From: Eledone cirrhosa
Lineage: Eukaryota
Direction of reading: 5' to 3'
Length of the DNA stretch: 64,000 bases
Assembly: GCA_964016885.1 (NCBI GenBank)
Contig: OZ024741.1
Coordinates: 347,696,001 to 347,760,000, forward strand
Below, one piece after another: positions 1 through 14,473 of the stretch (position 1 is the stretch's first letter; each line of letters begins with the position of its first letter). The notes under the pieces were generated by a model. That model was given only the letters and a program-made list of their open reading frames with translations, searched no databases and was not told where the DNA came from. The position numbers were made by a program, and so were the translations under genes.

Positions 1-299
1 AAAAAAGTACCTGATTAATAATAATCATACCGATTAGAGATAATAGATTTATATGCGTGGAAAGAGATTACAGTCTAAATGAACAATGAGAATATTAGTA
101 GAGATGTAAGTGGAGAATGTTTCAAAATGAGGGATAAGACTGGTCAGGGAAGCTAGTTCAGCCATTTAGTGACATCTGTAGCGTATGAGGATAAGAAAAC
201 GCTGGGAAGGTGAGAGAAAAAATGAAGATCAAAAGAGAAAAAGAGATAGGAAAGAAATACGAAACGACCAGAGATAATAACATTTCTTTAAAAGGCTAT

Positions 300-1300
300 A
301 AATTAAATTGAGAGTTGAAGCTTTAGATGTATCTCTACGGAAACAAACAACTCCTGAGACAAGCAGGCTCCTAGACGAACTAAGGCAGAAAAAGAATGTA
401 GTGGATGGGGTGAGTTAATTCTTGTAGAATGGAGAGAGAGACACCATATACAATCGTATGCTTGTCTGGTTGATAATTAGCGAAATGTTTGAATGCCTTA
501 TGTTCGCAGTTGAAGATTCTATCATGTCGAGATTTCAATAGAAACGATCCAGTCATAATCTCCAAAACCTCCATCTCAGAAAGATTGCAGGAGTGTATTT
601 CGTTTATGTATGGGCGTGTGAATCATAACACTGACTGAAAAAGTGTTTATTCGATATTATACTATTTTAAATAACAGATTTTTTTGGCTGGAGCAGGAGA
701 TTTAGGTATCTTGGGTTCCTTGACTGAATAAGCTTTCACATACTATCTTTTGTTTTTAATGTTGAATGTGGCGCCCAAATATTTATATATCCTTAGTTTT
801 GCTTTGGCTACATATTGATAAACGTTGTTTTTATACATATATTATCCCTTTAAAGGACATTTGTTAGGTTATCTGCAATTGCAAAATGTATGCGGCCATT
901 CCGTTGGCATGGGTTTCAAGATATGAGAATGATGGGATGGATGCAAACGTATATTTTTGGATCCATCAGTATGGTTCGGTTCAGCATTATCCAGTATGGA
1001 AGGCTGTGAAAAATGATCAGTTATTAGTCTTAATAATAGCGTTCGATACATGACCGTGTTCATATTGGTAATTTCTATTTTCCCCACGGAGGCGTTTATT
1101 ATTTTATCTCATAATGAAGCTACTAAGGTTCACCAGCGTAGAGTAGGACAACTGGACTCTTTTTCTATCTAAGATTCTATGATGCCTGTGGGAGGGAGGA
1201 CATTTTCATCTGTTAGTCTAAGGAAAAGAGAAGATATTTTGGTAATGTCTAAACCATTATGTGGAGGATTAAACCATGGGTAGGACTTGGTGCAAAGAAA
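300..1300 (-). pseudogene. Highly decayed PLE (thumb/linker/GIY-YIG remnant)
   Basis: Reverse strand at about 1258-1280 encodes WFNPPH (PLE linker signature, as in the intact copies); the ORF at 869-1087 has RTLLLRLITDHF, resembling KLFFRLIEKHF. Many stops and frameshifts; boundaries approximate. Confidence 0.45.
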
Positions 1301-1429
1301 TATAGTGGTTACTTAACTAAAGATCTCGTTTCGATTTATTAGCGGTCTCGCTAGTGCAGGTTTTGTAACGCTTATTCAATTGGGTCTCGTGTCTCTATCC
1401 TTTCTACATTGATATATGCGTACACACTG

Positions 1430-1508
1430 AATCCCGGAAATTCGAGGTTAACTTTGCCTTTCATTACCCCACTGGGGTAATTGCTGGCTTTGTGCAAAAC
1501 AGAAACAA
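1430..1508 (+). mobile_element. Degenerate tRNA-derived SINE fragment
   Basis: gaggttaactttgcctttcat...ttgctggctttgtgc...agaaac matches the SINE copies elsewhere in the window. Confidence 0.5.
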
Positions 1509-2659
1509 TTATTATATGACTAGTACTTTGTTTGACTTCAGCGAAACCTGAATATATATGTAGTAAATTGGCGAAACAAATATCAGGATCGCATTTATCT
1601 GAAGCTTTATCATTTCTACCAAATATAATTCCAGCAACATTTAGAGTAAACAGATGAATAACTGCATCTAATTTGATGATGATTGTTGTTATTGACAGTG
1701 TTGCTTATCACAATGCCATTTGTGATCAAATGAATTTAGGATCGAGTGAATGTACGATCAAAGAGATTCAAGCCGTGAAAATTAGGTATTTTACTTGTGA
1801 AAAACATTCAGTTTAATCACCGTTTCGCTGTATTATGTATTCTGTCCCAGAGTAATTCTCCAAATATATAACAGCATATCAGCGTCTGTTGTCATATATA
1901 TGACTAATCAGTTCCCAGTTACTTAAGGTGAACTCTGTTGTGATGTTATAAAGAATTGTAAAATCAATCAAACAATACATTAACGAATCAGCTGTCATGT
2001 TGTTCAGAATACACGATCAGGAATCTGTATTACATACGGTCTCGAATTATTTAGATTAATACTGGTGACTTCTCCGGCACTGGACAAGATGTTAAGAGAC
2101 ATCAGTTAATTTTATTCATTGACTGAATTTTCTCTTTTTTACTAACATTGTAACTACGACAAAGTAATGGTGTATGAAAACTATAGAATTTCATGTAATT
2201 CGTATGTCTATAGGGTAGGCAAAGTTAGAAATTCGTCTACTATTCATAGTAAGTTTAGCAGCCATGACAAATATCTAGAAGCGTTGAGTTAGAATTATTA
2301 TTTATAGGTGTGTAGTGAATAACTTATAATTGAAGTATGATATTCGTGCATTCTAAAGGAAAGATGAATTTATCATGTAAAAAAAAAACAAGAAGAATCA
2401 AAATCAATAGAAATATCATTTAGCAATTAAAACTATACAAGAAAGATAATAGTTTGGTATATACATAGTGTAAAACGGAATATGATATGCCAATATTAAA
2501 TAAACTAATGCACAAGACACGTTAACTAAACCATTATCAACAATTTGAATAAACGGAGTTTTATTAATATTGCAGACGGAAAATTCGTTTTCAATTTTTG
2601 CTTCCATAATTTTCCTCCTTTACAGTTGGAAACCGGAGAGAATTAGCGAGAGCGAACAA

Positions 2660-2940
<281 letters not shown>

Positions 2941-2945
2941 ATATA

Positions 2946-3133
2946 GGAACGAGTAGAACCCCGACGGCTGATCTCAAGCCATTTCGTCGACTAATTCTGG
3001 ACTGAATTAGCCGTCGGAACGGCTTGAGCTCAGCCGTCGGGGTCCTACTCGTTCCTATTACCCACTCTACTACAAAGTATTGAGTACTTTGGTGCGTTAT
3101 GGTCCACCTGGTTCCTTACCACATTTCCTTTGT

Positions 3134-3134
<1 letters not shown>
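2946..3134. mobile_element. Miniature fold-back derivative of PLE family A 3' end
   Basis: 2946-~3003 is the reverse complement of ~3004-3056; the right arm continues with an ~80-nt tail matching the ends of the large elements at 6467 and 45725; flanked by (TA)n. Confidence 0.9.
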
Positions 3135-3181
<47 letters not shown>

Positions 3182-4254
3182 AAATGATACGAAACGAAAT
3201 GAGCTGTGTGGCTACTAAAAACAAGGTTGAGATAGGTGGACAGGACGCAACAAGAGGAGAAAAGGAGAGAGAAGAAAGAATCGTTCGTCAGCTGTAAAAA
3301 ATCTGCGATCTAGATGTTTTGGCGCTGAATTACAGGCCTTCATATATATATATATATATATGAATGTTTGTGTGTGGGTGTATGTGTATTCATTCTTTTA
3401 ATATTTCATGGGTTTCAGTTATTAAACAACGACCATGCTGGGACAGTGCTTTGTTTATATCGATATATATTTACAGCTAAAATAATTACAACTAAAATAA
3501 TGAACATACACAGGCTCGGAGAGAAATATAAACACATTCATAAACAACACGATCTAGACGTTGCCACACGGAGGTCGTATACAGCATTCCCCAAACACGG
3601 TAAAAAATACAGAATTCCAAGATAATATTTACTAAAACATAAAAATAGATTCACTATACTCTTCAATTGCAATCGTATGATATGAAAGTACTTTTATGTT
3701 TGCACAATATTTTGACATATATACTATAATTTTCCTTTTTCTATATTCGTTTTCGTTTTGTCAAGCTCACTTATGCATAGTTATAAATATTTTATTTTGT
3801 ATAGAATAAAGATACGTCTTCAATTAAATTCATGTATCTACTTCAAAATATGTTTTAGAATTAAATTACACCACTCCCTACATATTGCAGCGTCTTATTC
3901 TACTTTAAATTACAGAAAATAATCATTCTGTCCTGAGATGTATATTCTATGGATAAAATGTCCTGGAAATTCTTATTCAGTTTTCAGTAAATGTATTAAT
4001 CTTCAAACATTAGTAAGTTCACCACATTCAAGTAAATCTTACTTCATTCACCATAACAATTTCCTCCGTTTTATCATATTTGAGTAGCAGTGTTGTGTTA
4101 AACGTTACCCTAAGTAGCGTCTACTAATGGTTTTAAATTACGTGTATGTGCATTGGTTAGGATAATAGCTGATTTTGCGTTTACTCACGTACATTTAGTG
4201 TATGTATAAAGTTACATCTGTATAAATAGGAAGTATAACCGAGACATCATATTG

Positions 4255-4373
<119 letters not shown>

Positions 4374-4386
4374 TCATTAAAATATG

Positions 4387-4467
<81 letters not shown>

Positions 4468-4510
4468 TATATATATATATATATATGAATATATATACAC
4501 ATATATATAT

Positions 4511-5186
4511 ATTCATTAGTTAAGCAAAACAAGACCACAAATTTCACAAGGAAGACATTATTAAAAGATTGTCAACATTTTAGTTTGGCGGCCATCTTGT
4601 TACCCATAGGCATATCTCGCACAATGCAGCCTCGACAGAAGAATACTGCTCGATTATGGGAGACAATAGATATACCCAGGACGCCATAGTGAAATACCAA
4701 TAAATGGAACATTACATTTATGTAAGATTCTTTCCTTATTTTAATTTATATTCCTTTTGAAGTTCAGATGAGCTGCTCTAATTATACCTAAGTTAATTAT
4801 TTTCAACTGAACCAGATCAATAATGATCTATAATCATTTGATGCAGAAATATTATATGGTGTATCGAAACAATTGTAAACGGACATTATTATTATTAATA
4901 GTATTATTATTATTATTATTCCCTACATTCCTTACATCAAACTAAAATATGTTGACAATCTTTTAATAATGTCTTCCTTGTGAAATGTGTGGTCTTGTTT
5001 AGCTTAACAAATGAATATTTCCAGTTCTGTGCACCTAACCTCTGCATGAACCCAGCCACCTAGCTGCATTCCACTGCATATTGCACATTGAGCAGATGCC
5101 TTTACGCTTTGGCTTCTAACTAATTCACCAATCTCCCTACTCCTCTCCTATGTCCATCTCTCTCTTTAAGATTGGTAACTCTTGAA

Positions 5187-5190
<4 letters not shown>
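4511..5190. mobile_element. Non-coding fold-back element in (TA)n with one-sided tail
   Basis: 4511-4587 is inverted at 4938-5016; tail 5017-5190 holds a bulged hairpin at 5024-5093; possible decayed HHR at 4762-4880 (gtt-CAGATGA...GAAA-CAATTG-TA-aac). Confidence 0.75.
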
Positions 5191-5255
<65 letters not shown>

Positions 5256-5294
5256 TTAAATATACATGTAAAGTTTCATACACTTAACATGTAT

Positions 5295-5337
5295 GTGCGA
5301 CACCTTGGGTCTCCAAAACTCGACCTTCATCGGGCAC
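5295..5337 (-). ncRNA. Decayed minimal hammerhead ribozyme
   Basis: Reverse complement reads gtgc CCGATGA a ggtc-loop-gacc caaggt GTC gcac. Stems I and II are intact, but GAAA has been lost. Confidence 0.45.
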
Positions 5338-5707
5338 CCGTACAAAATGGGAAGAAGGGAGACTCATTTATTCGATTCCTTTAGACCAATTTACTGGTTT
5401 GAAGGCTGATGAGGCTGAAGATGTGTGTGTATAAACTTGTCTTGTACATCACCTTTCTTTCATCATTTATCCGTTCAGTTCTATGCTCCAATACACTGGT
5501 ATTTTCTTCCTCCGCATTTAACGGTTTCTATATTTCATCAGTTTGTCAAATTGTGTATTGTCTCTCTGTCAACCACTTGCTGCTGGACTTTGTCATCTGA
5601 AGCATTTTGCCCATTCGTTTTAACAACTGTTTCAACGATGGATTTTCTCATTTTTATACTATTCAAACTAATTCTTTCTTCATCTCCATCAATGACAACA
5701 TTGTTAA

Positions 5708-5754
<47 letters not shown>

Positions 5755-5755
5755 C

Positions 5756-6390
5756 GTTATTCCGGGTTGAATCGAAGGTAACCACAGTAAGTAAGGTACT
5801 CAATACATTGCAGAGTATAAAATATAGATGAGATTCTACAGGTCTAGAACTGTTTCATTATTTAGAAATCATCAGGAATCTGGGTATCAAAAAATAAGTA
5901 TGCTATTTATAGGTCTCTACAAGTGGTAGGAGAGGGTGGGGAGTAGGATGGGTGTAGGTCATTGGTTGATAGACAATTCATTAAAAGCTAATTCTACAAA
6001 GCTATAGTTTATTTTTATTTTTTGAGTAACAAAGGCAGAAAGAATTCTATAAACAGGTTCAGGATTGCATGCCACTCCTTCTTATTAAGTTTCTCTTAAG
6101 CTAACAGGTGTCTATAAAATCAGTGGGGGTCAGTCATGGTAGATAGATTTAAAGGAAAGGGAGATTCTTTAAAAGCTAAATTCTTTACTAAGTGACAAAG
6201 GTTTAGAGAATTCTGTAGACAAATTCAAAATATTGAGTGCATATCTTACAATTATCTTCAAATTTCTCTTAAACTATTCAACTATATGCCAAAATAAACA
6301 GACACATTCACAAAACACACTCACTCACACACTCGCGCGCACACATAAACACACACACATACACATATACATATATATACACACACATAC

Positions 6391-6400
<10 letters not shown>
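5756..6400 (-). mobile_element. Left (tailed) arm of outer fold-back, PLE pLTR-like, inverted partner at 22940-23503
   Basis: 5820-6340 is the near-identical reverse complement of 22995-23497; extra ~60-nt tail at 5756-5818. Confidence 0.85.
5831..5881 (-). ncRNA. Type I hammerhead ribozyme (canonical core)
   Basis: Reverse complement reads agattc CTGATGA tttctaaataat GAAA cag-ttctagac-ctg TA gaatct. Confidence 0.8.
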
Positions 6401-6468
<68 letters not shown>

Positions 6469-6547
6469 CGAAGAAAATGTGGTAAGGAACCAGGTGGACC
6501 ATAACGCACCAAAGTACTCAATACTTAGGGTAGTAGAGTGGGTAATA

Positions 6548-6660
6548 GGAACAAGTAAGACCCCGACGGCTGAGCTCAAGCCGTTTCGACGGCTAATTCT
6601 GGACTGAATGAAAATTTGTTCTGGTATTTAAATTAGCCGAGCTTATCAAGGGGTAATTCC
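6548..6660 (-). ncRNA. Type I HHR, U3-A8 core variant, long stem II
   Basis: Reverse complement reads acccc TTGATAA gctcggctaatt...aattagccgtc GAAA cggct-tgagctc-agccg TC ggggt. Confidence 0.8.
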
Positions 6661-7461
6661 ATATATGGTCAAAGAGATAGTCACCAGGATTGGTCACATC
6701 ACAAGTTAGTAGTAAATCTGTGATGGCAAATTGGTGGGGGAAGGGGTAGCTGAACCTGCCGGTAGGAGAAAAAGGTAGACGGGGTGGAGTAGACCCTTTC
6801 ATGCGTTGGTAGTGCCGGCTACAGCTGGGTGTGAGGTCAAAGAGGATACTGGGGAGGAGGAGGGGGAGGAAGTCGAAACGGTAAGTAGAACAATGAGGGT
6901 AAAACTATAAAAAGTACTGAGAGAGATGACAAAAATAAGCAAAGTCTGGTTACTAAGACTTAAGTCTCTCGCTATTGCTATGCTAAAGAAATACATAAAT
7001 AAATAAATAAACAAATAAGGGAATAAAAGAATAGATAAATAAATTTAAAAAAAATATATAATGAAGAATAAAAAATAAATAAAAATAAACAAGGTGGGAC
7101 GGAAATAAAGGGACCCTTATATGAGGTATAAGTGCGTGTATCGTACGGTGACGGGCAACCAAGGGGGGGCCAAAATACTAAAGAGACTACCACAAAAATA
7201 ATAAAGGTTTCTACCCCAATCACAGGGCCAGCAACCACCCAGAGAAAGAAAGTAAACTAGTACGAGAATATAATTCAGGGTCCCGCAAAAAAATACTCGT
7301 GCTAACTCTCAGGGTGCCGCCACGAAACAGAAAGTCTTATACAAGCTACATGAAAGATCGTACGAAGTAAAAGTAAAGAACGGAAAATTAATACAGAACC
7401 CCCACCCCCCACCCCCCAACTCACGAAAAAAAAAAGGGAAGAAGAGGAAAGAAATACTGGA

Positions 7462-8415
7462 TAGACCGCGTGATACCAAAAGTCAAGCAACACGCCCGAC
7501 TTAGGCTATGGTTCAACACCCAGGAAGTTATCTCATTGTTCAGCAATATGGAGGACAAACTAGACACTAAATTTATCCAGTTCGACATAGAGAGCTACTA
7601 TGCTTCTATCACCTTACCGCTACTTACTGCCGCCTTGGACTTCGCCGAAGCACTCGTGCCCATCACCGACCAGGAAAGAAAAATCATCCTCCACGCCAGG
7701 AAGACAGTCTTACTCTTTGACAACTCCAAATGGATAAAAAAAGCTCCCGACTCACCCTTCGACGTCAGCATGGGCGCTACGGACTCGGCGGAGGTCACAG
7801 ATCTTATAGGCTCCTTACCCTTAAAGTGTACTAACCCCAGTAGTACAGTTCAGCACTACACCTAACTTCGCACAAAACATCGTCTCCTCCAACAACAAAA
7901 AACTCAACCCCGATGGAAGAAACAACCTAAATAGCAGTGGAGAGCCGACCAGGAGGTGCAACTGTCCTGATAGATCCAGTTGCCACCTCGACAACAGATG
8001 CAGAGACCGTAATGTGATCTACCAGTGCAACGTGAGCACGGACACCTCCAACAAAGCTTATATAGGATTAACCGCATGTGACTTCAAGACCCGGCTATAC
8101 CAACACAGACATACCTTCCGAAACCCGGCCCGGCGTCACGCCACTAGACTTTCGGGCTACATATGGGACCTCAAGGACACCAACATCAACTATGATCTCA
8201 CTTGGAAATTACTGTCCAGAGCCAACCTTTACACGGGAGGACGCCGTCCGTGCAATTTATGCTCGGAGGAAACTTTACAAATGCTGTTTTCGACGGACCA
8301 ACTCCTTAACAAGAAAGATGAACTGGTTACTGCATGTAAACACCGATTACGTAGGACTTACCTCGCTCTCAAACCCAATAATGACCCGGGTGGGGGGCTT
8401 AGACTAGGGCTATAA
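7462..8415 (+). pseudogene. Internally deleted PLE RT fragment + GIY-YIG endonuclease
   Basis: QFDIESYY and MGATDSAEVTDL are followed by deletions; then VIYQC...YIGLT...FKTRLYQH...CNLC...ACKH. Confidence 0.9.
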
Positions 8416-8569
8416 CACCCCACTTGTCTATTTTCTAAGGGGTAACCCCTGCTTGCCAATGGAGACGTAAGATCTTCTTTTACATTCTTTTATCGCTTCC
8501 TCTATATTTCCTCCTTCCCCCCTCCCTCCCTAGTCCTTCTACCCCAGTTCCCTTTCTTTGTCGGAGAAC

Positions 8570-10518
8570 TTTTTTCTACGACAGATTTTGCGACAATCAG
8601 GACTTCGGTACCAAGGAGAGATTCGGATTTATTACCTACAAATCTCCCCCCCCCCTCCGAACCCTTTGCTCTCACCCTTCGAGAATGACCTATTCCAACT
8701 GGTCAAGAACCTTAAATTCAAACCCAGACACAACCGATTCCTACAAAAACTCCGTAGCAACTTAACAGAGTATGATAACACCAATGCCATCATGGTGCAT
8801 TCGGATAAAACTGGGACCCTATAATTTGTCAACCCCGACAGATACCACACACTGATCAGGAGCAGCCTAAACTCCACCTATAAAAAGGCTAACCACTCTT
8901 ACATCGAGGACATTAATGGAGATGGACAACACATTACCTCCAGCCTCGGGGTCGCCGATCGCACCGAACCCCTAGACCCACGGACACCCTACTTCACACT
9001 GAAGGACCCCAAATCGGATTTCGACCGTAAACCATCTATCAGGCTTATAAACCCAACGAAGTCCGACATAGGGAGAATCAGCAAAAAAATCCTAGACCGC
9101 GTGATACCAAAAGTCAAGCAACACGCCCGACTTAGCCTATGGTTCAACACCCAGGAAGTTATCTCATGGTTCAGCAATATGGAGGATAAACTAGACAATA
9201 AATTTATCCAGTTCGACATAGACAGCTACTATGCTTCTATCACCTTACCGCTACTTACTGCCGCCTTGGACTTCGCCGAAGCACTTGTGCCCATCAGCGA
9301 CCAGGAAAGAAAAATCATCCTCGACGCCAGGAAGACAGTCTTACTCTTTGACAACTCAAAATGGATAAAAAGAGCTCCCGACTCACCCTTCGACGTCAGC
9401 ATGGGCGCTACGGACTCGGCGGAGGTCACAGATATTATAGGATTATTCCTTATAGCCAAACTCACCGATATGTTTCCTGCTTTCGGTGGTGGATTGTACC
9501 GTGATGATGGGCTCCTTACCCTTAAAGGGTACAACCCCAGTAGTACAGATCGGGTCCGTAAACAATTACTCAGCTTCTTCCGCGACTGGGGATTTAAAAT
9601 GACCCTACAAACGTCCCTGACCCGAGTTAATTTCCTGGACGTTACACTCGATCTCAATAATGACCTGTACTACCCATACAGGAAACCCAATGACAACCTG
9701 CACTACATCCACCGCCGATCTAACCATCCTAGGAACATCACCAACAACCTGGTCAAAAATATCTCCCCCCGCATATCCCGTTTGTCAGCTAATGACAAGA
9801 TATTCGATGAACATGCGCCTTACTACAACCAGGCCCTCAAGCGGAGTGGCTTCCGGGAGGAAATATACTACTGTCCAGCTCCCATTAGCGGAACCAGCAG
9901 GCGACACCGCCGCTCACGAAATGTAACATGGTTCAATCCTCCCCACAACGCCGAGGTGACAACTCCCATTGGGAAAATTTTCTTTAGGCTCATTGAAAAA
10001 CACTTCCCACCACAACACAGCTACCACAACATAATTAACAAAAATACCATCAAACTCTCTTACAGCACTACACCTAACTTCGGACAAAACATCGTCTCCT
10101 CCAACAACAAAAAACTCAACCCCGATGGAAGAAACAACCTAAATAGAAGTGGGGAGCCGACCAGGAGGTGCAACTGTCCTGATAGATCCAGTTGCCCCTC
10201 GACAACAGATGGAGAGACCGTAATGTGATCTACCAGTGCAACGTGAGCACGGACACCTCCAACAAAGCTTATATAGGATTAACCGCATGTGACTTCAAGA
10301 CCCGGCTATACCAACACAGACATACCTTCCGAAACCCGGCCCGGCGTCACGCCACTACACTTTCGGAGGAAACTTTACAAATGTTGTTTTCGACAGACCA
10401 ACTCCTAAACAGGAAAGATGAACTGGTTAATGCATGTAAACACCGATTACGTAGGACTTACCTCGCCCTCAAACCCCATAATGACCGGGGATGGGGGTGG
10501 GGGTGGGGGGTAGACTAG
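8570..10518 (+). pseudogene. PLE reverse transcriptase-GIY-YIG polyprotein, disrupted (Hydra-clade-like)
   Basis: KERFGF, QFDIDSYY, LYRDD, NFLDVTL, SNHP, WFNPP, CNCPDRSSCP, YIGLT; stop at ~8822, frameshift at ~10200, deletion in the EN domain. Confidence 0.92.
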
Positions 10519-11694
10519 GGCTATAACACCCCACTTGCCTATTTTCTAAGGGGTAACCCCTGCTTGCCAATGGAGACGTAAGATCTTCTTTTACATTATT
10601 TTATCGCTTCCTCTATATTTCTTCCTTCCCCCCATCCCTCCCTAGTCCTTCTACCCCAGTTCCCTTTCTTTGTCGTCGTCTTTTTCTCGCCCACCCGAGG
10701 TAGCCCCTCGGTCCCTTGTAGCTTCAGCACCACCACCACCACCCTCCCCTATTCTATGATAGATTTGGCTGACTCCGCATTTTATAGCAGGTGTGTTAGA
10801 CTTCGGATACTTGCCTCCTTCTCCGACCGCTGCACTTTTTTCCGTGCCTTCTATATTTCTTAGTGGCATCTTTGCTTTCTTTTCTCGTTTATCCAGTATT
10901 TCTTTCCTCTTTTTCCCTTTTTTTCTAGGGCGGGGGGGGGGGGGGGTTTCTGTATTAATTTTCCGTTCTTTACTTTTACTTCGTACGATCTTTCATGTAG
11001 CTTGTATAAGACTTTTTGTTTCGTGGCTGTACCCTTAGAGTTAGCTCGAGTATTTTTTTGCGGGACCCTGAATTATATTCTCGTACTAGTTTACTTTCTT
11101 GCTCTGGGTGGTTGCTGGCACTGTGATTGGGATAGAAACCTTTATAATTTTCGTGGTAGTCTCTTGAGTATTCCCCCCCCCCTCTTTGTTGGCCCGTCAC
11201 CGTACGATACACGCACTTATACCTCGTATAAGGGTCCCATTATTTCCCTCCCACATAGTTTATTTTTATTTATTTTTTTATTCTTCATTATATATATATT
11301 TTTTAAATTTATCTTTCTATTCTTTTATTCATTTATTTGTTTATTTATTTATTTATTTATGTATTTCTTTAGCCTAGCAATAGCGAGAGACTTAAGTCTT
11401 AGTAACCAGACTTTGCTTATTTTTGTTTTCTCTCTCAGTACTTTTTATAGTTTTACCCTCATTGTTCTACTTACCGTTTCGACTTCCTCCCCCTCCCCCT
11501 CCCCAGTATCCTCTTTGACCTCACACCCAGCTGTAGCCGGCACTACCAACGCATGACAGGGTCTACTCCACCCCGTCTCCACTTTTCTCCTACCGGCAGG
11601 TACAGCTACCCCTTCCCCCACCAATTTGCCATCACAGATTTACTACTAACTTGTGATGTGACCAATCCTGATGATTATCTCTTTGACCATATAT

Positions 11695-11804
11695 GGAATT
11701 ACCCCTTGATCAGCTCGGCTATTTAAATACCAGAATAAATTTTCATTCAGTCCAGAATTAGCCGTCGAAACGGCTTGAGCTCAGCCGTCGGGGTTTTACT
11801 TGTT

Positions 11805-11806
<2 letters not shown>
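11695..11806 (+). ncRNA. Type I HHR of family A (core TTGATCA, position 8 mutated)
   Basis: acccc TTGATCA gctcggcta...tagccgtc GAAA cggcttgagctcagccg TC ggggt. Confidence 0.7.
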
Positions 11807-11863
<57 letters not shown>

Positions 11864-12064
11864 GTATGTAGATAAATCTACCGAGAGTTTACGGTAGTGC
11901 CCAATCCGTATGAAGAACTCAATGTAATCCGGATATCATGGAAAGAAGAAGTGCAATGAAAAATCACTTTCGGTGAAAGATAAACGGAATACAGAGTCAA
12001 GATAAAATATTAAAAAAATAATGAATAAAACAATGAAACAGTTCCTTATATTAAACAAAAAAAG

Positions 12065-12218
12065 TTCATTATTTAACGATCGTTTCTGGGATATATATGT
12101 GTTAGAATTGGCATGTATATTTAACAGATCTATGTACAAAATTATACAAAATTATACAAACTATCAAAATTAAATATACATACCAATTCATATATCTGCC
12201 GTCTTCAGAAATAATGAA
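12065..12218 (-). ncRNA. Minimal type I HHR with giant stem II (mirror of 19709-19862)
   Basis: Reverse complement reads ttcattattt CTGAAGA [long hairpin] GAAA CGATCG TT aaataatgaa. Confidence 0.75.
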
Positions 12219-12868
12219 ATATATTTATTGATAATAACAACAATTCAAAATTACAGGTCTGTTTGGGAACAGAGTTCAAATTGACCAATGGAAACACAAA
12301 AAGTTTATACAGTTAGGTGTGTATATATGTAAGTAACTTCGTTCACAGATATGCATAAAAATATATGTTCACATGCATACGCATGCCGAAAAGATGTATG
12401 TAAATACAAAAATTCAGGGCTAATGTCTATGTATGTTTATAATCTACAGATAAAATACATATACGCATATAAACATATAAATATAAACATAAATATATAC
12501 ACATTCATATACTCACACATATACATACATTCACACACACACGGGCATATACGCATAAACATACACACAACCACGAACATACATACACACACACACTCCC
12601 ACACACATATATGTGTATATACTATTATCATAAGCATATGGACATTAATGCGCGCACATAAACACTGCCACACATATTTAGATCCAGATACAGAAAGTAG
12701 GTGGGGGGGGGGAGAGGTCAGTGTTTACTGGTGTCAGCAAACTGCCTATTTATAAATGTATCTATAAATTTAGAAATAAAAGGAAAAAGAAAATGAAAAA
12801 TATTAAGAAAATATATATATATATATATATATATAAACAAACAAGTAAAATATAAAATATACATCGAT

Positions 12869-12925
<57 letters not shown>

Positions 12926-13347
12926 CATATACATACACATATACATAAACACATACATACACATACATATACATACAGACACCATATATATACACACATA
13001 CACATACACACACGCGCATACATATAGAGACACATACATATACACATATAAATACATAGACATATACATATATACACATATATATATATATATACATATA
13101 TATACACACATACATAAATACATACATTCACAACACACATATATATATATCTATATATATATCTATACACACATACATAAATACACTCATGTATATACAC
13201 ACACACACATACATACCCACACATATATATATATATACATATATATATATACATATACATATACATACATATATATATATATACACACATACACACATGT
13301 ACACATACACATATATAAAGATATATATATATACACACACATATATA

Positions 13348-13384
<37 letters not shown>

Positions 13385-13394
<10 letters not shown>

Positions 13395-13830
13395 TATACA
13401 TACATACATATATATACTCATACATAGACTTACATATATACACACACACATACACACATACATATACGCATATATACACATACATACACATACATGTATG
13501 CGTATACACATACAAACACAACCACACGCTCACACGACTCAGACATACATAAATAAAGGGATATACATACACATATATACATATATAAATAGAGATATAT
13601 ATACACATATAAATATATACACACATACACACACACACACTTATACATACACATACATACATACATATACATACACACACACATATATATACATATATAT
13701 ATATATATACATATATATACATATATATAAAAGTAAATAAATAAAAAAAATAAAATAAATAAATAAATAAATTAATTAATACACCCAGTCAGACAAATAT
13801 GCACACACATACATATATATAAATATATAC

Positions 13831-13867
<37 letters not shown>

Positions 13868-13919
13868 CACACATATACATACACATATATATATATATAT
13901 ACACATACACACATCAACT

Positions 13920-13962
<43 letters not shown>

Positions 13963-14123
13963 TATATATATATATATAAATACACACACTCACATATACA
14001 TGCACATATACGTACATATATTCACATACACACATATACACATAGACGTGTACATGCGCATACATATACATACACACATATACCCACATAAATACATAGA
14101 TACATATATATACATATACATAC

Positions 14124-14154
<31 letters not shown>

Positions 14155-14420
14155 CATACAATCATACACACTTATTCACATGCGCACATATGTATTTTTA
14201 TACTCACATACAAACACCCAAACATACATACCTACCTACATATACATACATACATCCACGCTTACAAATACAAATAATAATAGGGGGGGAGGGGGGATTA
14301 TAGTAAATATAGGTTTCAAGAAACATAGAATCTATGTGTATATATGCGTATATGTATGTGTGTATGTGTGTGTGTATATATGTATGTCTACGTATGAGTA
14401 TATATATGTATGTATGTATA

Positions 14421-14440
<20 letters not shown>
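13385..14440. repeat. Nested low-complexity insert with inverted ends
   Basis: ~13385-13480 is inverted at ~14335-14430 (actcatacatagac / gtctacgtatgagt); the segment is absent from the mirror arm. Confidence 0.55.

Positions 14441-14473
<33 letters not shown>

Larger units (their letters stand above)
6467..11806. mobile_element. PLE family A fold-back: inverted 3' UTR arm + deleted RT-EN copy + 5'-truncated RT-EN-3'UTR copy
   Basis: 6467-7460 is the reverse complement of ~10880-11806 plus a tail; RT/GIY-YIG ORF pieces lie between; (TA)n on both flanks. Confidence 0.92.

Noticed and set aside
2946-3134. Tc1/mariner-type MITE (TIRs + TA)
   Set aside because: The arms are the 3' end of the PLE, including half of its ribozyme, and are asymmetric.
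5406-5420. CTGATGAG hammerhead core on the + strand
   Set aside because: No stem II-GAAA follows.
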